Origin: Pseudomonadota bacterium
GTDB lineage: Bacteria > Bdellovibrionota_B > Oligoflexia > Oligoflexales > JAPPIL01
Direction: 5' to 3'
DNA: 13,691 nucleotides
Assembly (NCBI GenBank): GCA_028877195.1
Contig: JAPPIL010000181.1
Location: forward strand, 1 to 13,691
Shown here: in pieces, positions 6,784-13,691 of the stretch
Position numbering within the stretch: the first letter of the stretch is position 1
How the letters are laid out: the number at the start of each line of letters is the position of its first letter
The notes under the pieces: generated by a model
What the model was told of the DNA's origin: nothing
Seen by the model: the letters and a program-made list of their open reading frames with translations, nothing else
The model's database searches: none
Position numbers and translations under genes: made by a program

Positions 6784-7551
6784 CTATTTGGCTGCAACCA
6801 CAACGATAGTGATATTATCCTTTCCGTCTCGCTCATTAGCAAGGTCAACCAAACTTTCGACTGCTTTGAGTCTCTCCTTGCTCACACATAGAGAAATCTC
6901 TGCATCGCTAATCATGCCATGCAATCCATCTGATGATAAAACATACATATCACCAACCTCAACCCCAACGACGTGAGTATCAACATCTTCCTCCTCTTGG
7001 CAACCGACACTACGAGTTATGATGTTGCTAGCGACAGCCTTGTCCTCCCCGCTATGGGACTCTTTCCCGTGCCGCTGTTGATATTCATTAGCAAGGGAGT
7101 GGTCATTGGTAAGTTGATAAATAAAACGACTACGCACCAGATACACCCGACTGTCGCCAACATGGGCGATATATGCCTTGCTATTGATGAACAGTAGCAA
7201 CGACACGGTCGTTCCCATGCCGCTCAACTTTGGTTCTTCCAATGCCCGCTCGTAGATTTTGGTCGAAGCGAGGTTAACCGCAGTGCGGAGAATTTCAAAT
7301 ACATGCCCATCGATGCTTGTGCCGATGATTTTGTCTTTGCCAAGTTGACGTATTCTGTCAACGACATAGCCAGACACTATTTCAACGCACATACTACTCG
7401 CTACTTCACCGCCAGCATGACCACCCATGCCATCAGCTACGATGTAAAGCCGAGTGTTGCCGTCGATGAGGTAGGTGTCTTGATTGGAGTTTCTAACTTG
7501 ACCTATATCGGTCAGACCTCTCGCATCTATACGCATCAGTTGCTTGATCAA
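6784..7551 (-). CDS. PP2C-family Ser/Thr protein phosphatase (Stp1/PrpC-like), 255 aa.
   Basis: PP2C motifs appear in order: LTDIGQVRNSNQD, ADGMGGHAGGEVAS, SGMGTT, VGDSRVYL, SSDGL and DNITIVVV. Confidence 0.8.
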   Translation of the reverse strand: MIKQLMRIDARGLTDIGQVRNSNQDTYLIDGNTRLYIVADGMGGHAGGEVASSMCVEIVSGYVVDRIRQLGKDKIIGTSIDGHVFEILRTAVNLASTKIYERALEEPKLSGMGTTVSLLLFINSKAYIAHVGDSRVYLVRSRFIYQLTNDHSLANEYQQRHGKESHSGEDKAVASNIITRSVGCQEEEDVDTHVVGVEVGDMYVLSSDGLHGMISDAEISLCVSKERLKAVESLVDLANERDGKDNITIVVVAAK

Positions 7552-7597
7552 TTATTCATCCACCCACATGGTAATTTTAACAGACTCGTCGGCAAGA

Positions 7598-8101
7598 CTA
7601 CAAATTCAATGCCTGCCGTAGAAATTCTTGCGATACCTCACCAGTTGTGTGGAAACGCACAACGCCTTGGCGATCAATGATAAATGTTTCTGGGACACCT
7701 GTAAGACCATAGTCGATGCCAATTTTGCCAGCAACGTCAAGAGCTAGTGGGTAATTTTTACCGTAGCGGTCAGCAAAAACTCTCGCATCACGGTGCTTGT
7801 CATGCACGGCTAGCCCCACCACTGCCAGCTTATCACGATGCCGTTGCCACATTCTCTCCAGCAAGAACGATTCCTGCCGACAGGCCATGCACCAGCTTGC
7901 CCAAAAATTCAAAATAACCGCCTGCCCTTGCGCTAGCTCTGCGGTTGATTGTAGCCAGTCGGCCTGTTCGATGCTTGGAGCTGGTTTGCCGATCAACGGG
8001 TGGGGAATCCTGCTCTTACCTAATCCACGACCGAGCAAATAAACCAGCCCCCCAGCCAAGCCGAGTAGGAGCGCACAGATGATTAGGTGTGAACGCTGCA
8101 T
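7598..8101 (-). CDS. ccmG: Thiol:disulfide oxidoreductase CcmG/DsbE (cytochrome c maturation).
   Basis: It has an N-terminal membrane anchor, LIGKPAP, the thioredoxin active site WASWCMACRQE (CxxC) and GLTGVPETFIIDRQGVVRFHTTGEV. All align closely with E. coli DsbE/CcmG. The ATG at 8099-8101 overlaps the ccmE stop as TGATG; the track start is a TTG one codon upstream. Confidence 0.8.
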   Translation of the reverse strand: MQRSHLIICALLLGLAGGLVYLLGRGLGKSRIPHPLIGKPAPSIEQADWLQSTAELAQGQAVILNFWASWCMACRQESFLLERMWQRHRDKLAVVGLAVHDKHRDARVFADRYGKNYPLALDVAGKIGIDYGLTGVPETFIIDRQGVVRFHTTGEVSQEFLRQALNL

Positions 8102-8559
8102 CAATCTTCTAGGAGTGATTTGATCAGCAACTCTTTGTTTTCAATCTTGTTGTCGTGTGGGACACGATATTCCTCTGAATGCTTGACCATCAGGGTGTGG
8201 GTTTTCATCGCCTTGTTTGTCGCATCAAAATACCCTTCAGCCACCACCCCCTGTCCCTCCCGAAACAGGTCTGGTGCTATGCCTGTATGCTTGACCTTTA
8301 TGTTATGCCCTTTGAAATCAGTGATGGTGAAGCGCAAGATATGTTTGCCAGCTGCTGCTTCATCGTTGGTCTGCTCTTCAACGCTGCCCGCCATGACCAT
8401 GCCGCCAATCTTGATATTCTTGTTGCGCAAATTTTCCCCAGCCGCAAACGCTTCCGATGGTGTGTAGAAATAAACCAAGTTGCCGCCAAGATTGACCAAC
8501 GAAATCACCAGCACAGCCGCGGCGATAACCGCTAATCCGATAACCCATTTAGTCTTCAT
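8101..8559 (-). CDS. ccmE: Haem chaperone CcmE (cytochrome c maturation).
   Basis: Signature segments are LVYFYTPSE, GGMVMAGSV, DLFREGQGVVAEG and the haem-binding KHSEEY (His/Tyr). The likely start is the internal ATG at 8557-8559 (MKTKWVIGLAV...), which overlaps the ccmD stop. The longer track ORF (to 8631) is probably an over-extension. Confidence 0.8.
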   Translation of the reverse strand: MKTKWVIGLAVIAAAVLVISLVNLGGNLVYFYTPSEAFAAGENLRNKNIKIGGMVMAGSVEEQTNDEAAAGKHILRFTITDFKGHNIKVKHTGIAPDLFREGQGVVAEGYFDATNKAMKTHTLMVKHSEEYRVPHDNKIENKELLIKSLLED

Positions 8560-8677
8560 GATTCTCCTGCAGAGTTGCGAGTAACTTGTGTAGTTTACCG
8601 CGCTCCCAATACAGGTAGACGATGAAAGCAACCAAAGCTACAAAACCAATCACATACACTGACACTAGCGCTAGCAT
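8549..8677 (-). CDS. ccmD: Small haem-exporter subunit CcmD (42 aa, single TM helix); not in the supplied ORF track.
   Basis: Reverse-complement ATG at 8675-8677 gives MLALVSVYVIGFVALVAFIVYLYWERGKLHKLLATLQENHED*. AGGAGA lies 12 nt upstream. Its stop sits inside the ccmE start codon region. Size, single TM helix and position match CcmD. Confidence 0.55.
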   Translation of the reverse strand: MLALVSVYVIGFVALVAFIVYLYWERGKLHKLLATLQENHED

Positions 8678-8735
8678 GCTTTTGTATTTCTCCTATCGTT
8701 TGTAGAGTCGTTTGTAGCGCAAGGACGAGGACATG

Positions 8736-9500
8736 TTACACCTTATCTGCTTTACCTGTTTTATTGGTAAACGCTTTGAGAAAATCCATCGGGATTGGGA
8801 AGACGATGGTTGACTTCTGTTCGGAGGACATGTCAATCAAGGTCTGCATGTAGCGCAACTGAATGGTCATCGGGTTCTCCGATAACTGGTCAGCAGCTTG
8901 GCGCAACTGCTCGGATGCCTGTAACTCACCTTTGGCTGCGATAACCTTCGCCCGTCGTTCACGCTCGGCTTCCGCCTCCCTTGCCATTGCCCGTTGCATC
9001 TCGGTCGGCAAATCAACATGCTTGATCTCCACCGACACGACCTTAATCCCCCAGTTGTCAGTATCTTCATCTAAAATACTCTGAAGTTTGGTGTTGATCT
9101 CATCGCGGCTACTTAACAATTCGTCCAGCGTATGCCCACCTAGAATCGCTCGCAGGTGCGTCTGGGCAAGGAGGTTAGTAGCATAAAGGTAATTCTCAAC
9201 ATTAACCAAGGCTTTGTTGGGCGAGACTACCCTAAAATACAGCACGGCATTGACCTTCAAACTAACATTATCTCGACTGATAACATCCTGTGGGTCAATG
9301 TCCATCGTAACGGTGCGAATCGATACTTTGATCATCCGATCGATGAAGGGGATAATCAGGATAACGCCAGGCCCCTTGTGTTGCGGCAACAAGCGCCCTA
9401 GACGAAACACCACTCCACGTTCATATTCAGGCACTATCTTGATCGCATTCGCTAGAAAAACTAGCAGTAACCCGACCACTATCGGTAATCCCCAGCCCAT
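8736..9500 (-). CDS. SPFH / band-7 (stomatin-prohibitin-flotillin-HflK/C) domain membrane protein, 254 aa.
   Basis: N-terminal TM helix, then [18 protein letters not shown], the SPFH core and an Ala/Glu-rich coiled coil ([23 protein letters not shown]). AAGGGGA is 7 nt upstream of the ATG. The start is only 14 nt downstream of the decarboxylase stop. Confidence 0.8.
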   Translation of the reverse strand: MGWGLPIVVGLLLVFLANAIKIVPEYERGVVFRLGRLLPQHKGPGVILIIPFIDRMIKVSIRTVTMDIDPQDVISRDNVSLKVNAVLYFRVVSPNKALVNVENYLYATNLLAQTHLRAILGGHTLDELLSSRDEINTKLQSILDEDTDNWGIKVVSVEIKHVDLPTEMQRAMAREAEAERERRAKVIAAKGELQASEQLRQAADQLSENPMTIQLRYMQTLIDMSSEQKSTIVFPIPMDFLKAFTNKTGKADKV

Positions 9501-9514
9501 ATTTCAATCCCCTT

Positions 9515-11203
9515 TCAACTAACCTGTTGTTTGCTTGATAATTGTAGCCTTGTCGCACGTAAATGTTCAATTAACTTTTCGACGGTCTCCGCAGTGGTGA
9601 ATGGTGAGGTGAAGTAAACCTTCAACGCGTTAGAATGAAGTAGCTTGTCTCCGTATTTGATTGCTTGATGCTTGGTAATCAATGAAATCGCCGAGATATT
9701 ATCTTGGTAAACTCGTGCTCGTATATTCTCATAGATAGCAAGATTATATTGATTATTGGCGATTAGTGTCGCACGCAGTTCGCTGTTGTTCAGTTCATCT
9801 TGATAGTCTTCATAGCTATAGTTGTCGGGGGCAAGACGAATGATCGTCGCAACACCGTGATTTTGAAAGTTCAGCACCGTTGCCCAGTCGAGTTCGTCCA
9901 GCTGTTGACGCAACTGCTGGTTCATTGCCGACAAGTGCCCTAGTATAACTTGGTATCCCTGCCGTCCCAACGCTTTCATCGTCGCAAAAGCAGATAATAC
10001 CCCGCTCGCATTGCGAGATGTTTCAATGCTAAACTTGCCAGGGAAGTATTTGCCGTTATTGCCAACATAAGGCATTTCGCTATCATCACGTTGTAGCAGA
10101 TTAAAGTCGTTGCCATCTTTGTTGACCGCAAACGACGAGATATAAGGGGCGCAACCCATCTTATGAAAGTCGATGCCGACACTATCGGCGTAGTGTAAAT
10201 TCTTCACCCGTTCATACACATTCTGTAGCATGTAGAGGGTGGTATCTTCAAATTGCAGCTTGTTTTGGGCAAAATCGTAGTTGCTAAAGACCGACCAGAC
10301 CCAGCTGATAACCGAGTCGGCATGCACATGTATACTGTAGGGTAAGGAAAACTCCTGCACGAGTTTGTCCCGCACTTGGCTGATCGCTTCGAGGTCATCA
10401 AAAGCAAAGTCAGTGGTTGTGCCTGCGTTAGCAACGATCGCGGCGATCTGCTCGCCTTTTTTTAGCGCTCTGCTTGCCTGTTGATAAAGCGCATCGACAC
10501 ACATCGAACCATCCGCGGCGACAGGGATCTTGATAACATTCCTACGTCCGATACCGACGACTGCGGCAGCATTGGCAACACTCCAGTGCGAGCCTTCAGC
10601 GCCAAACACAACGATGCGCTTCATATCCGCACCACCATGACGTAGACCGTTAGCGATAGCATTTGGCACAGCCTTCTCTAAACCGATGCGGATACTGTAG
10701 AGATTGACCCCTGAACCACCAAAGGTCGAGATACCTTTGCTCTTGTCGCAGTCATAACCGATCAAACGCGCCAACATCGCACAGCACTCGACCTCTGCTT
10801 GAGCGATTAGATGGCTATGCTCATCCCAAGCTAAATTCGTGGTCAGGATTGAGTCATAAAGAGAACCGACTAATGACGCGATCGTTGGCACAGGGTCAAC
10901 ATTGCGTTGGTCATACTCATGTCCAGCGATAACCGAACCCCGACAATATGACAGGAGAAGTGAGACGACCTCTTCGGTGCGCATACCATGTTCAGCAAGT
11001 GATGCTTGCTTGGCTAACTCAAAATCAGGTTGAGCCTCTTCATCAGCATAAGTTATCGCACCCGTTTTGGTAGCACACAGATTCTTGACAGCATCGGCGA
11101 TGGTTGCGACAAGGTATGCGTCTTGCTTTGTATCTAAACTGGGTTCAGCAAATAGCCGACGTATCGTCTGTAGTTGTTGTTGATAAGACACAGTCATAAA
11201 CAC
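9515..11203 (-). CDS. Group-II pyridoxal-phosphate-dependent decarboxylase family protein (amino-acid decarboxylase / sphingosine-phosphate-lyase-like fold), 562 aa. Substrate unknown.
   Basis: GISTFGGSGVNLYSI matches the GGSESN-type motif. HVHADSV matches HVDAA. The PLP-lysine motif DSVGIDFHKMGCAPY matches S.s.D.HK.g. There is no signal peptide. Confidence 0.7.
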   Translation of the reverse strand: MFMTVSYQQQLQTIRRLFAEPSLDTKQDAYLVATIADAVKNLCATKTGAITYADEEAQPDFELAKQASLAEHGMRTEEVVSLLLSYCRGSVIAGHEYDQRNVDPVPTIASLVGSLYDSILTTNLAWDEHSHLIAQAEVECCAMLARLIGYDCDKSKGISTFGGSGVNLYSIRIGLEKAVPNAIANGLRHGGADMKRIVVFGAEGSHWSVANAAAVVGIGRRNVIKIPVAADGSMCVDALYQQASRALKKGEQIAAIVANAGTTTDFAFDDLEAISQVRDKLVQEFSLPYSIHVHADSVISWVWSVFSNYDFAQNKLQFEDTTLYMLQNVYERVKNLHYADSVGIDFHKMGCAPYISSFAVNKDGNDFNLLQRDDSEMPYVGNNGKYFPGKFSIETSRNASGVLSAFATMKALGRQGYQVILGHLSAMNQQLRQQLDELDWATVLNFQNHGVATIIRLAPDNYSYEDYQDELNNSELRATLIANNQYNLAIYENIRARVYQDNISAISLITKHQAIKYGDKLLHSNALKVYFTSPFTTAETVEKLIEHLRATRLQLSSKQQVS

Positions 11204-11231
11204 CTCTAGCCGCTAGTGAACTTATACACGA

Positions 11232-11278
11232 GGCAGGTTAGTTGGTCAAAAGACTATGGATTGTATGGGCAGGTTAGT
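11232..11278. promoter_or_regulatory. Two copies of the 11-mer GGCAGGTTAGT in direct orientation, 36 bp apart, in the 82-bp region upstream of the decarboxylase start. Candidate operator/promoter element.
   Basis: Exact 11/11 match at 11232-11242 and 11268-11278. The location is between the kinase stop (11286) and the decarboxylase ATG (11203). Confidence 0.3.
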
Positions 11279-11285
11279 CTGCTAT

Positions 11286-12134
11286 CTATACATGCTGGCG
11301 CACTAAATCACGGCAGATGTCTCTGGGAATACCCATGCTGAACAATGAGTCCATCGCCACATTAGCGATAGATGCTTGTAGATCAAAGTGGCTAGCATTA
11401 CCTGAATTCGTGAATACGGGTTGATGAGCATCGATCAAGGCGACCTTGTTCGCACCGAGCACTCGTTTCATATAGTCCACACTCGGTTGAACATTTTCAA
11501 CATAGAACACATATCTTGAACGCAACGACCCTTCGGTATCATCATCACGCTCACGTTGTTTGGCGCGCAGCATCATTTCTTGTTTGCTGATACTCAAGTG
11601 CAGAAGTTTGATTATCGGAATCTTGTAGCGATTCAAGTAAGAGATAAGATGCTTGGCTGCCGCAACCGTGCGTGGATAACCATCAAGGATAAACGACTGG
11701 TCTTGAATATCCTCCGAAATCTCAATCCGAGATTCAATAAAACATTTTGTCCAACGGTCAGGCACAAGCAAACCATTCTGGGTGCAAAACTCAAGCCAAT
11801 CAAGTTGCGAGATGCCTTTAGCTTGTATCCGCTTATCGCCAAAGTATTCCTTTAGGTTAGGCATAAAACGATTAACTTTGGCAATCAATTTCGCATCAGC
11901 ATCAACACACGAAAAAATATCGGACTCTGAACTAATATGATAACGGTCGGCTAACATCTTGGCATAATCGGGATTGCGTTGTGCCTCATTAAACGCAAAG
12001 CGCAATATCGCACCCATCGACAGGTGTAATGACGTTGGGATCGAAAGAGCCTTGCTTAAGAACACTGCCACCTCACCCTTGCCGCAGCTAGACGGCCCTG
12101 TGAGAATTATCGCACCGCGATTCTTAAGTCGGAT
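11286..12134 (-). CDS. Adenylate-kinase-family (NMP kinase) protein, short-LID type, with a roughly 60-aa C-terminal extension. The track start (GTG at 12071) cuts through the P-loop, so the true 5' end lies upstream at about 12134, with no canonical start codon.
   Basis: NMP-binding GAILR, FILDGYPRT and the LID/R-rich RAKQRERDDDTEGSLRSRY are all present. Immediately upstream and in frame are ...IRLKNRGAIILTGPSSCGKGEVAVF, the P-loop GxxxxGKG. The open frame extends to a TAA at 12162-12164. The only start candidates are ATC (12132-12134) or ATA. Confidence 0.6.
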   Translation of the reverse strand: MRLKNRGAIILTGPSSCGKGEVAVFLSKALSIPTSLHLSMGAILRFAFNEAQRNPDYAKMLADRYHISSESDIFSCVDADAKLIAKVNRFMPNLKEYFGDKRIQAKGISQLDWLEFCTQNGLLVPDRWTKCFIESRIEISEDIQDQSFILDGYPRTVAAAKHLISYLNRYKIPIIKLLHLSISKQEMMLRAKQRERDDDTEGSLRSRYVFYVENVQPSVDYMKRVLGANKVALIDAHQPVFTNSGNASHFDLQASIANVAMDSLFSMGIPRDICRDLVRQHV

Positions 12135-12222
12135 TTTTTCTATAACTATTAGGGAGTCAGTGTCTGGTTAACCGCTCATCTTGGCCAAAAGGGTATTTTA
12201 AATCCAAAGATATGTATAGCAC

Positions 12223-13614
12223 TTAAAGCCTCTTGAGCAACTTTAATGCCATCCTCAACATCCACGTGTGGCGGTAAGGCGGGAAACGCAGCGGCAACTC
12301 AAAGCGCAGTGAGCGTCGGGTAGTCGCTTTCTGATGACTAAAACTCACAAACCCATGTTTGCCACGCGACTTGCCCATACCACTCAAGCCCTTACCACCA
12401 AATGGCAACCGATATGAACCATATTGAATCAAGGCATCGTTGATACAGCCCGACCCGTAAGCCACGCCAGCATTAAAATACGAGATAAACTCTTCCGACT
12501 GTGAGAATACATAAGCCGCAAGCGGAGTTGCAGACACTTTGTTGATCAGTGCCATCGCCTCCTCACGTTCGCGGTAGACGAATATCGGCAGTATCGGGCC
12601 AAAAATTTCCTCGCGCATTATCTCAGCATTTAAATCACAATCTTCCATCAAGGTCGGGGCGATAAACCGTGCGTCAACATCATGCTCACCGCCGCAGATA
12701 ACTTTGCCCGTCGTTAGTAGTGCGACGAGGCGTTGATGGCTTTGAGGGTGGATAATTCGCCCATAGTCATCGCTGTTTTTCGGGTCTTGACCGTAAAATG
12801 CAGTGATAGTTTGTTGTAGCAACGCGATGAATGCCTCTTTAACCTTTGCGTGCACGAGCAAATAATCGGGAGCGATACAGCTTTGCCCGCAATTAAAAAA
12901 TTTTGCCCAGACTAAACGTTGCGCAACAATTGGCAAGGGTGCATCTGCGGCAACAACTGCGGGACTCTTGCCGCCCAGTTCTAACGTTAACGGTGTCAAG
13001 TTAAGTGCCGCCTTTTGCGCCACAATGCGACCAACTCTCGTGCTGCCCGTGAAAAAGATATAATCAAATGGTAATGCGAGTAGTTCTTCACTCTGTTGTG
13101 CGTCAAGGCATAGGATGGCAACATGTTCAGGTGCGAAGCATTGCGCAATAATTGCCTGTAAAACTTTGTTCGTGTGCGGCGTATATTCCGACGGTTTCAA
13201 AATCACACAATTGCCTGCTGCCACCGCTGCGACTAGTGGCGATAACGCTAACTGGAGCGGATAATTCCAAGGGCTGATGATGAGTGTGTTGCCGTGCGGT
13301 TCATAACGATGGTAGCTGCGCGCAAACGCCAACAGCAGCGGAGTTCGCACTCTCGTAGCGCGTCGCCAGCTTTTTAGCTTGCTACGGATGTATGCTATCT
13401 CTTGATGAACGATGCCGAGTTCAGAGACCAGCGTCTCCGCCGCAGGTTTGCGGAAGTCAGCCCACAACGCATCAATGATTTCACGCTCACGTTTGTGAAG
13501 TTCAGCGTCCAGCGTGCGCAAAGACGCGATAATAAAATCATAACCACGCGTCTTGCCCGTAACAAACAGCTGGCGCTGCCGCTCAAAGAGGGTGGAGTAT
13601 TGGCTTTGTTGCAT
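12223..13614 (-). CDS. NAD(P)+-dependent aldehyde dehydrogenase, class-3 (ALDH3/fatty-aldehyde dehydrogenase-like), 463 aa.
   Basis: It has the catalytic Cys in FNCGQSCIAPDY, the general-base Glu in ELGGKSP, the cofactor-fold FTGSTRVGRIV and EEIFGPILPI. The length is typical for ALDH3. Confidence 0.85.
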   Translation of the reverse strand: MQQSQYSTLFERQRQLFVTGKTRGYDFIIASLRTLDAELHKREREIIDALWADFRKPAAETLVSELGIVHQEIAYIRSKLKSWRRATRVRTPLLLAFARSYHRYEPHGNTLIISPWNYPLQLALSPLVAAVAAGNCVILKPSEYTPHTNKVLQAIIAQCFAPEHVAILCLDAQQSEELLALPFDYIFFTGSTRVGRIVAQKAALNLTPLTLELGGKSPAVVAADAPLPIVAQRLVWAKFFNCGQSCIAPDYLLVHAKVKEAFIALLQQTITAFYGQDPKNSDDYGRIIHPQSHQRLVALLTTGKVICGGEHDVDARFIAPTLMEDCDLNAEIMREEIFGPILPIFVYREREEAMALINKVSATPLAAYVFSQSEEFISYFNAGVAYGSGCINDALIQYGSYRLPFGGKGLSGMGKSRGKHGFVSFSHQKATTRRSLRFELPLRFPPYRHTWMLRMALKLLKRL

Positions 13615-13639
13615 AACCCTGCTTAAGTCCTCTTCATAT

Positions 13640-13662
13640 ACGAGAGGCGTTCCCCCTCTCGT
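13640..13662. promoter_or_regulatory. Perfect 8-bp inverted repeat ACGAGAGG-(7 nt)-CCTCTCGT, 26-48 nt upstream of the ALDH start codon. Candidate operator or 5'-UTR hairpin.
   Basis: Read directly from the sequence. It is flanked by G-rich GAGGGGGA repeats on the coding strand. Confidence 0.25.
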
Positions 13663-13691
13663 GCTCTCCCCCTCTTGTTCACAAACATATG

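Noticed and set aside
8104-8559. Deletion scar where ccmF should lie between ccmE and ccmG.
   Set aside because: The ccmE stop and ccmG start overlap precisely as TGATG, a native coupling arrangement rather than a deletion junction.
1-13691. Mobile element, integrase, transposase or tRNA genes.
   Set aside because: No integrase/transposase-like ORFs, terminal inverted repeats or tRNA-like cloverleaf sequences were recognisable.

Overview
The window is a gene-dense bacterial chromosomal segment of roughly 46-48% GC; I cannot identify the taxon. Fifteen of the sixteen genes are on the minus strand, including an unbroken run of twelve. From high to low coordinate on the minus strand the genes are: an ALDH3-type aldehyde dehydrogenase, a divergent adenylate-kinase-family (NMP kinase) protein, a large group-II PLP-dependent decarboxylase, an SPFH/band-7 membrane protein, a compact ccmD-ccmE-ccmG cytochrome c maturation trio, and a PP2C Ser/Thr phosphatase. 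A repeat-filled intergenic region follows, then an apparent three-gene operon (membrane-anchored M23 peptidase, MBL-fold hydrolase, secreted protein with a CFxTAAYGS-type C-terminal anchor), a pentapeptide-repeat protein, a small CpaF/VirB11-family ATPase and the 5' part of a c-type cytochrome gene. The only plus-strand gene is an APH/choline-kinase-fold phosphotransferase. I saw no tRNA/rRNA genes, CRISPR arrays, integrases or transposases. The most unusual content is: (i) the M23 peptidase / MBL hydrolase / CFxTAAYGS-anchored surface protein module; (ii) an AT-rich 12-bp tandem array immediately upstream of that module, next to a 129/128-bp tandem repeat that carries a GC-rich hairpin; (iii) two enzymes (the secretion-type ATPase and the NMP kinase) whose conserved N-terminal motifs lie upstream of any canonical start codon; (iv) a ccmDEG cluster with no ccmABC/F/H nearby. 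All product calls come from motif recognition by eye. No database search was possible.
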